Shown here piece by piece: positions 35,850 through 45,292 of a DNA stretch of 64,000 nt. The translations under genes were made by a program, and so were the position numbers. This DNA comes from a virus (Duplodnaviria; Caudoviricetes). The stretch is taken from positions 16,202 through 80,201 of IMG/VR virus record IMGVR_UViG_3300010167_000019; one strand, 5' to 3'. The notes below the pieces were generated by a model. The model had not been told where the DNA came from. It did no database searches and saw only the letters and a program-made list of their open reading frames with translations. Numbering within the stretch: the stretch's first letter is position 1; every line of letters begins with the position of its first letter.

Positions 35850-37290
35850 AGGCATCGCCTACACCGTCTCGTCCGACTAATTTAGTAACATCGCTCTTAC
35901 CTTGTCGAATCGCACTATCGACGATTGTGGCTGAGGCTCGATTCATTTGGTGAGCTGTGATCACCGGAATATCTAAAACAACAGCCATGGCCTTTAGCTC
36001 ATTGACTATCCGATTCAGTTCCATCTTAACGCTATCCAAGGCTACGACGTTTGGACGAATCCGTTTGATGTAGTCGAAGGATAAGGCTATCACCTCTAAG
36101 TTTTCATCCCGCAAGTCTTGGATGATAGTGAAGAGATCATCGGTATTAATTTCTCGGTAACTGAAATACTTGATGACAATTTCGATATTGGGAACTAAGG
36201 CTTTGATTGGAGCCAAGATGTCTAAGGTTAACTTCTTACCTTCACTGCTGGCATTGGTTTCCCCAGTCTTGACATAAGCATTGCCTTGATCATCATTGAT
36301 GATTTTATTTAAACCTAGCTCATTGCCTAGACGATAGATTGCTTCTTCAGGTGTGTAATCAGCTATAGAATCATCAAAGGAAATGTTCCAAATTCTTTCT
36401 ATTGTCTCAGTGAAGGAATTTTCCATAGTAATATAGAGAGCACAAGGTTTCATACCCGGCGTCTTACATTTATAACCCGGATTGTACTTCCGAATGTCTA
36501 AGACACTTTTCAAAAGCATCATACTCTTACCACTGGAGGGAAGTCCAATGTAGATATATAATTTCCCAGGCATGTAACCTGGAGACAATAGGCTATTTAA
36601 TCTTCTTATGCCGGTGACCAAACAGGCATTAGTTCCGGTTAAGGATTCAATCGTCTGAGTTAAAGCCTCCTTGACCGATTCGCTGTCATTAGTATTGAAG
36701 GTCACTTTATTGGTGACGAAGTTGGTACTGTGTTTGATGTCGATCAAGGAATGAGCAATGTCAAATAAACGACCGGCCAATTCTTTAAAAGCTCCCGGAT
36801 GATCAAACGTGATATCTTCCAGAAGAGATTGGTATTCATGCTTGACTGAAGAGAGATAACCGTATTGTAGTGCCTCACCCACCATTTCAAAAATCATCTT
36901 GGCTTCTGCTTCTGAGATGATATGATCATCCTTGATGCAGGCATTGATGATCTCCTCTTTGACATTGTCGAAGTCCGGTTGACGTTTAGCTCCTTCTACG
37001 ATCAAGTCGGTTGTTACGATGCCGTCTAGCCATTGTTTGCTAAACCAAGCGATACACCAAATGTAGGCTAAGAGTTCCGGATTCTTCTTGTATAAGCTTT
37101 CATCGATGTTCGTAAAGAGACGATTGATATTCTTGACGGATTTGAAGGTACGGAAACCACTGTGCTGCATCGTCAAGATCTTTAAGACCAAATTTAAGAT
37201 AGAGCGTTTAAAGAAGACTTGGATTTTACGTACCTGAAGATCTTCGAGTTTGGTAAGTGCATTCTGCTTATCCTTAACACTTTTTGCCAT
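35850..37290 (-). CDS. dnaB: DnaB-like replicative helicase, exon 1 (spliced product 583 aa)
   Basis: Walker A GLPSSGKS, YITMEN, FDYIKRI and ITAHQMNR. Confidence 0.88.
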
Positions 37291-37358
37291 ACTAACGGAT
37301 TCTTCCTTTCACCATCATATAATTCGGAGCCATACCCGTGGGAAGTGTGTTTTAAAAT

Positions 37359-39530
37359 TTGATATTAGAAATGGGGTTGAGAATTTTGACGAATATTAAG
37401 TCGCTCTATGAAGCTGTCAAAATGGGCTATGGGGTAGAAAGAGTGAATCGACTGACGGCCTACACAGAGGCGGTCAATAAGATTCTTACAGAAGATCCAG
37501 TTTCTTATGTAGCGAATTTAGAATATATCATTTCAAATAATATCGGCTTAGAAACACTTCCTAAGTTCATGGAGAGCTATCCTCTACCTTTAACGGCAAT
37601 TCATCGCTTGCAAGAGTTGAGTGAAGCCTTGATTGAAAAATCAGAGTCCAGGCAGATTCCCAGCAAGCCTTACAAGGAACTGTATGAGATGGCTACTGAT
37701 TATCTGAATCGGCATGAACGGATCTTTGGAATGTACGAAAGTTATTCTGCTGAACTACCAGACTGTTTAGCTGTCTATTACGATAGTCTACCATTGACAG
37801 AAGATGCTACGGACGGCCTACTCAATAAATATGGCATAGGCATTCTAGCGGATCGTTTGCTTCTGGCTAAAGATGTCAACTATGTCTTAGAAGTTGCCAG
37901 CCAGCATCGTACTTGCCAAGATCCGATTAAAAGAGAATGGCTCTTGGAATGCTATCGAGAATTTAACTTAAATCCCCCGATGAATTTAGTAGAAGGGTCT
38001 TTAGAATATGGCTTTAAGAATCTACAAGAGCGTCGAGAGAATCTATACCGGGAATCGGTCTTGATGCAAGCTGATCTGACCTTGGAATATACGACTGCCG
38101 AAATTGAGCTGATCGAAGATTACATCCACTTCAACGAGCATGCTGTTCTGGTCTTACAAACGAAAGAGGCTATCGGGGAAAAAAATAATTTAGCCTTAAA
38201 TGGATATCGGGAATTAGAGCATATTCTACCGGAAGGTGAAAGTACAGCTGATCTAGTCGACCTACTGCCACAGCAACAGATGTTGGAAGAATCTCGTCAC
38301 AGTAAGTTTGGTAATATTCCCGGCTACTTGTCTAAACACCATGCGTTAGGTTATGGAGAAGACGATGACACCGATGAGGATAAGAAACCCGAGCATTACA
38401 AACGTCCAGAGAAAGTTGAACCAGCCGATGAAGAAGATAGCCCAGCTGTTAAAACAACAGATGAGCCTTCTCCTTCGGCTACGACAACTTCTACCACACC
38501 TACTGCTACAGCACAACCCTCATCCAATTATTATTACAATTACTATACGACCTACAAAGGCTCTTTCAATAAAAGTAGCGATGCTTCTACTAATGTCAAT
38601 AGCAAAAATAAGAATGCACAAATTCATGCTCGAGAGTCTGCACCTTGGGAACTAAGGCTCCCTTTTGAAAATAGGGAGCTGTACACTGAGAGTTATACTA
38701 AACATAGTGGACCAGCTTATTATAAGACTTGCGATCATTGTGGTGCCAATTTAGATGTGGGAGAAAAATGCGATTGTCAAAATTTAAATGAGTCCTACAA
38801 GAATATCAATCGCTTCAATCCGGTCCCCAAGAACAAAACCGAGATCAACAAGTTCCAACCGGTACCAGTGGAAAAAAATAAAATTGGTCAACATGACTGG
38901 TTACCGGAAGATGACGACGACTATGAAGAATCTTTTGACTTAGATCAGATTCTTTTGGAGAAGGTAGCCCCAGAACCAGAAAAACCAACCTCTGATTCTA
39001 CGACAGAAAACATCACTCACACCTTGCAAGACTTGGATCGAGCCATGGCTAGCAAATCCGCTGGTGCTAAGAAGAAGGCCAATGAAGTAGTCAACTTAGG
39101 CAAGGTGGCTGTCAAACCTTTCAAGCGTACCAGCGGGTGGATCAATAGTCTATTGTCTCGCTTTGCCGATGCCAATGAAAACAATATCAAAGCAAAGATG
39201 GCTGATCCCAAGTCACGCAATCAGCTGATCAGCACCTTGAAGAAAACCATTCTAGCAGGCTCTTTGTATAAAGCAGGCTTACTCTTAAATCCCATCTTCT
39301 TATTCTTGGCTGTCACGTTGAAGATCAAAGGCAATCGGGATAAAGTCAAGATCCGTAACCAGCTGATCGGAGAATTAAAGCAAGAGTTGGAAATCTTAGA
39401 TGAGAAGATCAACGATGCTCGGAGCAGTGGTGACCGAGGCGCCAAGTATAAGTTGATGCGTTTCCGCAATAAGCTACAAGAGAAGCTAGTCCGGGTTGGC
39501 GGTGATAAAGCCACAGCCAAGGTTCTATAG
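37359..39530 (+). CDS. putative head polyprotein with an embedded CxxC...CxC zinc ribbon
   Basis: Many hydrophobic-X-E-(S/A/G) motifs; YYKTCDHCGANLDVGEKCDC at 38718-38780; next to the capsid gene. Confidence 0.6.
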   Translation: MILEMGLRILTNIKSLYEAVKMGYGVERVNRLTAYTEAVNKILTEDPVSYVANLEYIISNNIGLETLPKFMESYPLPLTAIHRLQELSEALIEKSESRQIPSKPYKELYEMATDYLNRHERIFGMYESYSAELPDCLAVYYDSLPLTEDATDGLLNKYGIGILADRLLLAKDVNYVLEVASQHRTCQDPIKREWLLECYREFNLNPPMNLVEGSLEYGFKNLQERRENLYRESVLMQADLTLEYTTAEIELIEDYIHFNEHAVLVLQTKEAIGEKNNLALNGYRELEHILPEGESTADLVDLLPQQQMLEESRHSKFGNIPGYLSKHHALGYGEDDDTDEDKKPEHYKRPEKVEPADEEDSPAVKTTDEPSPSATTTSTTPTATAQPSSNYYYNYYTTYKGSFNKSSDASTNVNSKNKNAQIHARESAPWELRLPFENRELYTESYTKHSGPAYYKTCDHCGANLDVGEKCDCQNLNESYKNINRFNPVPKNKTEINKFQPVPVEKNKIGQHDWLPEDDDDYEESFDLDQILLEKVAPEPEKPTSDSTTENITHTLQDLDRAMASKSAGAKKKANEVVNLGKVAVKPFKRTSGWINSLLSRFADANENNIKAKMADPKSRNQLISTLKKTILAGSLYKAGLLLNPIFLFLAVTLKIKGNRDKVKIRNQLIGELKQELEILDEKINDARSSGDRGAKYKLMRFRNKLQEKLVRVGGDKATAKVL

Positions 39531-39544
39531 TGTGGGGGTGCAAC

Positions 39545-40063
39545 ATGAGCAGCAGTAGGTCCTTCTTTGAACAGGTGATGTTTAATAAATTCTACGAAGC
39601 CGATGACGATCCTCCAGCCGAAGAAATTCCAGCTGAACCACCCGATGTCGATATGCCAGCTGAGGGAGAAGATCCGGGTGCAGAAATGGACATGGGCATG
39701 GACATGGGTGGTACAGAAAATGAAGAAGGGGAAGAAGAGTTAGAAATCAGCGATAAGATCAGTCTAGCCATGAATGCTAATCTCTATCAAAGGTATCTGA
39801 CTCTACTCAATACAGTCAACCAAGAAATTAGCAGCATCAAAAACGTCAATGATATAATCTACACGGTGGCCCCACGTTCACTAGAGACACTGCAACCCCT
39901 GAATAAGCTGGCCGAGAATCTCAATCTTTATTTAGCGCATAATTTCTTGGACAACAACTACAGCAAGAATTTATTATTCTACAATAAGTGCTTAAACCTG
40001 TTAAAGTTATTAACCCAAGTCTTCAGTCAAGAGTTAAAGAAGGGAAATACCGAGGAGCAGTAA
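39545..40063 (+). CDS. putative prohead core/scaffold protein
   Basis: Acidic Pro-rich N-terminus after KFYEA; immediately upstream of the major capsid gene. Confidence 0.5.
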   Translation: MSSSRSFFEQVMFNKFYEADDDPPAEEIPAEPPDVDMPAEGEDPGAEMDMGMDMGGTENEEGEEELEISDKISLAMNANLYQRYLTLLNTVNQEISSIKNVNDIIYTVAPRSLETLQPLNKLAENLNLYLAHNFLDNNYSKNLLFYNKCLNLLKLLTQVFSQELKKGNTEEQ

Positions 40064-40073
40064 CATCTATTTA
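40062..40073 (+). promoter_or_regulatory. AR9-like late promoter for the major capsid gene
   Basis: AACA tctatt TA. Confidence 0.5.
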
Positions 40074-40135
40074 AAATTCACCGGGTAATTTATCGTGTAG
40101 AATTGAAAAACTAAGAGTAAAGGAGATATGTGATT

Positions 40136-42079
40136 ATGGCCTATGGTAATACTACTCTCGGAGCCATGAACTGGTTCGGAGAATCAGCTGGAACGGTAAC
40201 TCCAAATTTAGCAGCAAGTAGAAGCTCTTTTGATGTATACTCTGATGGAAAATCTTTTGCCGAACGCTTCGATGAATTATTCCACCATTACAAGACCAAC
40301 GCTGGCTTGGATATCAAAAAGGACTTGGCGGCAATGGTAGCAGATCGCAGCTTCATGGAGCAATACAAAACAGATTTGCTCAGCCCAATCTTTGATGGAT
40401 TCCGGGCTATGTCTCCCAATGATCCACACATTGAATCGCACGTAGAAAACATCGATCGTCTCTGGGATGCGAAGGTCAGACAGTATTCGGAGTCTGCTTC
40501 CACCACAGCCTTTTTACCCATTGCCACTTTGGAATTCCCAGTCTTAACAAAACAATTCTGGGCTTCCATTACGAAAGATATCATCGAAGTAGAAACGGTG
40601 AAAACACCAAACATAGTCAAGCATGTCAAGACAACTTATTTGGTCGACAACCAAACTGGAGACATGTACGAATATCCAAAATGCATCTTCGAAGGCACTT
40701 GGGAAAAGATTTGGGATGCTGCCAAAGGTTATAAATTTGATGATACTCATCCGCTGGATATTACAGGCGACAAAGGCTACAAGCTTAACATGATCAACTT
40801 CGGCATAGCTGGCCCAGGGGGAGAAGGTTTAGCGCTAGATGGACCATCCGCAGGAGCAGACGGAAAGCTCAATCTAACGGAAAACCAAAAACTTTCCTTC
40901 AACATTAAAATCATGGCTATCGACTATGATGATGGTAAGGGCGGTGAATTTACAAGACTTCCGTTAAGGGGCAATGGTAGAGGCACAGGCGCTAATGGTA
41001 TCATTCCGGAACTCTCTACGGGCGGTACTTTAGTAGGCGGAGACATTAACTTCAAGGCTAAAAATGCCAGTGATGAATTGGTTACAGTGGAAGACTACAT
41101 TTCTGGGAGAGTGAATTTCCAAAATGGTACGATGACAGTCACTTCCGGCAATGGTTTTACCAAGGCTGTCTATGTTTCTGGCTACCTCTCCAATGAAAAC
41201 AACATCAACAACGTATCAGTCAGAGAAGTAAGAACGTTGCAAAAATTCATGATCGAAGATGGACCACGCTGGAACATGCCCTTTACTATTGAAGAAATTG
41301 AAGACGCTGCTGCTCTACTCGACATGAATTATTACAACAGAATGGTGGACGAAATTGTCAAGACCCAAGAGATGATTGAATCACAAACCGTGCTCAAATT
41401 CTACAGAGACGAATTTGAAAAATACATCGATGCTGATTTCAACATTTACAACTTGGAGTCAATCGTCCAACGTACTTCTTGTAATCTGGCTACTCCGATG
41501 GGTTATGCTGGAAACCCCTTCGAATACATTTCCGATGCCATACAATTCGCCATTAAAGGAGCAATCCATAAGCTGACAGATGCTGCTAAATTAGACAAGC
41601 TATCTTTCATCATCATTGGTAATCCTATGGCGACTCAACTGATTTCCAAATGGACTTCTTGGAAGATGGAACAAGGTACCAGCATCGGTGGTATTCAAGT
41701 CAACAACTCTTATGGTTTTGCTACAGATATGGGAGCTAACGTCAGAGTGGTTGCATCCAATCAAATTCCTGCCTACACAGAAAAAGGCGTAACAGTTACC
41801 GATGGCAAGATAGACTTCGGCGATACAGGGGACAGAGAGCTCTACATTCGCATTGTTGGTTATCCAACCGATCCTGAGCATATCTCTTTCCGTCACTTGA
41901 AATATACATCCCATCTGTTAGCTACACCAGCTCAAGCAGCCTACATGAACACGAATCAAGGACCTGGGGGTGCGTACACAGTTGTGACAGCTACCAGTCG
42001 CTACAAGGACATCGTCATACAAGGTTTGCAACTTATGATTATTTTCGAGAATTCCAAGAGGGTATATGGACCCAGATAA
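40136..42079 (+). CDS. major capsid protein
   Basis: About 647 aa. Propeptide-like N-terminus ending QYSES, then LEFPVL.KQF...KDIIEVE, EDGPRWN.PFTIEEIED and GNP...QLI; strong terminator after. Confidence 0.75.
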   Translation: MAYGNTTLGAMNWFGESAGTVTPNLAASRSSFDVYSDGKSFAERFDELFHHYKTNAGLDIKKDLAAMVADRSFMEQYKTDLLSPIFDGFRAMSPNDPHIESHVENIDRLWDAKVRQYSESASTTAFLPIATLEFPVLTKQFWASITKDIIEVETVKTPNIVKHVKTTYLVDNQTGDMYEYPKCIFEGTWEKIWDAAKGYKFDDTHPLDITGDKGYKLNMINFGIAGPGGEGLALDGPSAGADGKLNLTENQKLSFNIKIMAIDYDDGKGGEFTRLPLRGNGRGTGANGIIPELSTGGTLVGGDINFKAKNASDELVTVEDYISGRVNFQNGTMTVTSGNGFTKAVYVSGYLSNENNINNVSVREVRTLQKFMIEDGPRWNMPFTIEEIEDAAALLDMNYYNRMVDEIVKTQEMIESQTVLKFYRDEFEKYIDADFNIYNLESIVQRTSCNLATPMGYAGNPFEYISDAIQFAIKGAIHKLTDAAKLDKLSFIIIGNPMATQLISKWTSWKMEQGTSIGGIQVNNSYGFATDMGANVRVVASNQIPAYTEKGVTVTDGKIDFGDTGDRELYIRIVGYPTDPEHISFRHLKYTSHLLATPAQAAYMNTNQGPGGAYTVVTATSRYKDIVIQGLQLMIIFENSKRVYGPR

Positions 42080-42090
42080 TACAAAAAGAA

Positions 42091-42127
42091 AGAGGAGGAA
42101 TAGGCCTTGAAGGCCTATTCCTCCTCT
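42091..42127. terminator. bidirectional terminator, 18-bp arms with 1-nt spacer
   Basis: agaggaggaataggcctt-g-aaggcctattcctcctct. Confidence 0.85.
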
Positions 42128-42198
42128 CTTGGTATAACTTACATGAGAATTACATATTCAGATTCAATCTGAACAGACCACGGGAACTTTTGTTTTAT

Positions 42199-42642
42199 CT
42201 AAGGCTGCATCGGACATGTTCCATCATCCTTCACGCCCAGATTCAAGAACCCAGCCACATCCTCTAGAGTATCGAAGGTTTTAGCACCTTTCCTTTCTGC
42301 CAGCTGGCGTATAGACTTTAAGATCCGTAAGTGTTCTTCGCCAAAGGCCCACCAGTTGTACTCGTAGATTACACAGAATATAGTCTTATCGGGAAATTTA
42401 TCGCTGCTATCTATTAATTCGGCTATGGTATACATTCTACCGGCTGATCCAGCCACCGACCCAGCAGCTACCACGTATAGCAAATAATCACAGAGGTGAT
42501 ATTGTCTCTCTATTTCCTCTTCGGAAATTGGTGGGTGATAGTCTTCAACCACCGGGTTAAAATAGTCGATCTTCAACATAGGAATCAGATCATCTCGCCA
42601 ACTGTTGTCACTGAACCTGCCACCTAAAAAGACTTTCTTCAA
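42199..42642 (-). CDS. nucleoside 2-deoxyribosyltransferase-like protein (Nuc_deoxyri_tr2 type)
   Basis: KKVFLGG...WRDDLIP...YFNPVVED...CDYLLYV...YTIAEL. Confidence 0.75.
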   Translation of the reverse strand: MKKVFLGGRFSDNSWRDDLIPMLKIDYFNPVVEDYHPPISEEEIERQYHLCDYLLYVVAAGSVAGSAGRMYTIAELIDSSDKFPDKTIFCVIYEYNWWAFGEEHLRILKSIRQLAERKGAKTFDTLEDVAGFLNLGVKDDGTCPMQP

Positions 42643-43235
42643 TCTTCGTCATCCTTTCGTTCGATGTAGTCCAGCATCTTTTCGTACACGTAGCTTCTGA
42701 CTCTGATATCTTCATCGGCAGTTTCTCTTTCCTTTTCCCACTCACTCAACAGCACCCAATTCGTATACCTCTTGGGAAGACCATATCTCAATTCCTCCCA
42801 ATACGTTTCTTCCAACTGGACTATTAACTTTTGCAAGACGTTGCGATAAGTGCCTGGCACCCTCTCCACATAGTTTTCAACCATACGATCGTTCGGATCC
42901 AGATAGTTTTTACGGCCTTCATAGTATTTCTTTTTCAATTTGTGGATCTCACTGTTTTCCAAACGTCTGTAGACTTCTTGCATGATGCAACGGAAAAGTT
43001 GCTCTTCCCTCAGCTGACTGCGACGATAGTGCCTTCCAGGTCGTCTATCATTGTTAACATCGGCGGCATCCATTAAGTCTCGGATGATGGGCATTTCCGT
43101 AGCATCAAAAGTATCGATCGCTTCATCCATTGTAACTTTTAGAGCATAATGTTCAGCGGGGGAAATTGGTCTCTGGCTAAAATTGTTGCAGTACTCAGTT
43201 TCAATTCTCTCGATTAAGCTTCTTTCTTCTTCCAT
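42639..43235 (-). CDS. hypothetical protein
   Basis: 198-aa ORF coupled to the next gene. Confidence 0.7.
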   Translation of the reverse strand: MEEERSLIERIETEYCNNFSQRPISPAEHYALKVTMDEAIDTFDATEMPIIRDLMDAADVNNDRRPGRHYRRSQLREEQLFRCIMQEVYRRLENSEIHKLKKKYYEGRKNYLDPNDRMVENYVERVPGTYRNVLQKLIVQLEETYWEELRYGLPKRYTNWVLLSEWEKERETADEDIRVRSYVYEKMLDYIERKDDED

Positions 43236-43295
43236 TTTTAAACATCCTTTCTTGTGTGCTATATCGGGATAATATATAATTAAAATAGGTGGGTG

Positions 43296-43673
43296 TTAAA
43301 CCAACAGAGTGTAATCCTTGGCCATCTCTTCCAGAATGGCTTTTTGTTCCGAAGAGAAAGTGATCTGTAAAGGTAAGCCTCTATGTCGATCCACTTCGAT
43401 CAAATTTAAGCTGCCTAAGATAATCATCCAAGATACCCAGGTGACTCTTTGCAGACGATTGACCAAGTCTAAACCAAATCTAGTATGGATCAACTTGTAG
43501 TATTCGATTACATCGATCCGACGGAAATAATCTTCTGTCACTTCTGAATCCTTGAGCGTATTGAGAATATTTAACATTAGCTCGGCTACAACACGTGGTC
43601 CAATGTGCATTGTTTTGCCCATCTTCAAAACTTCCTCCCGCAAGTCTACTTTGATCATCATCTCTGTATTCAT
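43296..43673 (-). CDS. hypothetical protein
   Basis: Start reassigned to MNTEMM (GGAGG RBS). Confidence 0.65.
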   Translation of the reverse strand: MNTEMMIKVDLREEVLKMGKTMHIGPRVVAELMLNILNTLKDSEVTEDYFRRIDVIEYYKLIHTRFGLDLVNRLQRVTWVSWMIILGSLNLIEVDRHRGLPLQITFSSEQKAILEEMAKDYTLLV

Positions 43674-43689
43674 TCCTTTCCCTCCCTCT

Positions 43690-44007
43690 CTAACCATGGT
43701 ACCAGCTTCTTAAGACAGCCATAGTCATGATGAATTTCTCCATGTCCAGACCATACTTTTCTGTTAGCTGATATCCCCAGAGACCACCAGTCACCAGATT
43801 GGCTCTTTGCCAAAGTTGATCCTTAACCGTAATCGAATAATCACAATACTTTCTGAATTCACACATGCTGGCCCAAGTACAGTCATCTCGATCTAAGGTA
43901 TCACCCGATAATAACTTTTCCCCTAATTCAATGAAGTATTCAAAGACAATTTCCGTGGGGTCTTTTAATAGCTCAACCATTTCCTCTTCTGTTACATAAG
44001 CATCCAA
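43690..44007 (-). CDS. hypothetical protein
   Basis: AGGAGG RBS, TTG start, downstream of the leader element. Confidence 0.65.
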   Translation of the reverse strand: MDAYVTEEEMVELLKDPTEIVFEYFIELGEKLLSGDTLDRDDCTWASMCEFRKYCDYSITVKDQLWQRANLVTGGLWGYQLTEKYGLDMEKFIMTMAVLRSWYHG

Positions 44008-44025
44008 TTTTCTTCCTCCTTTAAA

Positions 44026-44080
44026 AGTATAAAAGATTCCCTTCTTAATCTTTTATCCATATTGAGAATATATAAGCATA
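44026..44080 (-). promoter_or_regulatory. early promoter plus conserved 5' leader hairpin (copy 3)
   Basis: ATATATTCTCAATATGGA then UAAAAGAUU/AAUCUUUUA then TACT and AGGAGG. Confidence 0.65.
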
Positions 44081-44211
44081 AGCTAAGGGTAATGCTACAA
44101 CTTTGTAAAGTTCAAAGGGAAGGATGTGATCATCAAAAATCCTTGGTTTAAATTTATTTGAAGAAAACACCAAAGATGCTGCAATACACGGAAGAGAGGT
44201 GTTTTCTGACA

Positions 44212-44808
44212 ATGAATTTGATTAAGGGACGTCCTTTCACTTTTGTCATTGGGGTTTTATTTACCATCGTCTTAATCTTCTACAATATATTCATCATCAA
44301 TCTTTCTTCCTATCTGCTGGAAGAGAAAGTTAAAGATCGACGGATGTTGCTGGATCTACTATGTGACTTGGCTGAGAGTGGTGGCGAACGTTCGGTTTTA
44401 GTTGAGGCCATCGCTGAAATTGATGGGATGGGAGGACGTGGGACTTATTGTGCTATCTTTGATGCTGATCTAAATATTATGTCGGATCGGAGTCAACTTT
44501 TCGTTCCTTTCAATCCCTTGGATAAACAAGACTTCTCTCGAGAAGTGAAAATTAATCATACGCATGGGGAAATGGATATTTGGTACGATGAAGGCAATGC
44601 TCCAGCTCATACTCTGCACATGTACTTCCGTTGGATTGATGTAGACTCTGAATTAGCAGTTGCCATAATTGGGGTTTCAAAATTTTCCATTGAAACAGAT
44701 ATTGATTACGGTCTAAGAGTGGGAGCTTGGTTAATTTCTGGAGCTTTTACGATCACTGGTTTCTCCTCCCTGATCGTAGGCTGGAAAAGGAGGAGAGCTA
44801 ATGTCTGA
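44212..44808 (+). CDS. two-TM membrane protein with an extracytoplasmic Cache/PAS-like loop
   Basis: Hydrophobic helices at both ends around a roughly 130-aa alpha/beta segment; no cytoplasmic output domain. Confidence 0.55.
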   Translation: MNLIKGRPFTFVIGVLFTIVLIFYNIFIINLSSYLLEEKVKDRRMLLDLLCDLAESGGERSVLVEAIAEIDGMGGRGTYCAIFDADLNIMSDRSQLFVPFNPLDKQDFSREVKINHTHGEMDIWYDEGNAPAHTLHMYFRWIDVDSELAVAIIGVSKFSIETDIDYGLRVGAWLISGAFTITGFSSLIVGWKRRRANV

Positions 44809-45208
44809 AGCCATTGCCATTGTTATGATTTCTACCATGGGAGGTACTTTGTTGACTGTGATCGGCAGTATCGTTCAACAGGGTATGTCTGTACGGGAAG
44901 CTCGTTACAATGCAGAGAAATTATTGAACAACAACAATGTGGGTCGAATTGAAAGTCGGGATTCCTTTGATAGTCTAAAAGATATTTTGAACGATCAACA
45001 GGATATCTTGAAGAATCAACAGAATATCAATCGCCTTATCTTACGCGATCGCTTACGTTGTTTGTTAAAACAGTATCAGGATGTGGACAGCGTTGCTTAT
45101 GCCGATAAAGAAGATATCGATGCCATGTACGAAATTTATTGCGGCTGGGGTTTTAATGGAACCATCAAAGCTATGTACGAAAATTTCTTAACGAAGAAGA
45201 TTATTTAA
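44801..45208 (+). CDS. holin-like / lysis-module protein
   Basis: N-terminal TM plus coiled coil; LRDRL...Y...AMY..Y...G.NG...MYE pattern seen in Firmicutes phage lysis modules. Confidence 0.5.
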   Translation: MSEAIAIVMISTMGGTLLTVIGSIVQQGMSVREARYNAEKLLNNNNVGRIESRDSFDSLKDILNDQQDILKNQQNINRLILRDRLRCLLKQYQDVDSVAYADKEDIDAMYEIYCGWGFNGTIKAMYENFLTKKII

Positions 45209-45212
45209 CAGA

Positions 45213-45243
45213 AGATCATCTGGGTCTAAGACCCAGATGATCT
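45213..45243. terminator. terminator, 15-bp arms with 1-nt spacer
   Basis: agatcatctgggtct-a-agacccagatgatct. Confidence 0.75.
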
Positions 45244-45292
45244 GACTACTTTATAAAGCTGACAACACACAACGATTTAGGAGGTCAACTCG

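Noticed and set aside
28567-37331. Shared ATAAT(T)CGGAGC motif in the divergent intergenic regions next to both helicase genes (about 28568 and 37319)
   Set aside because: Only two copies of a short motif, not enough to call a promoter class or operator.
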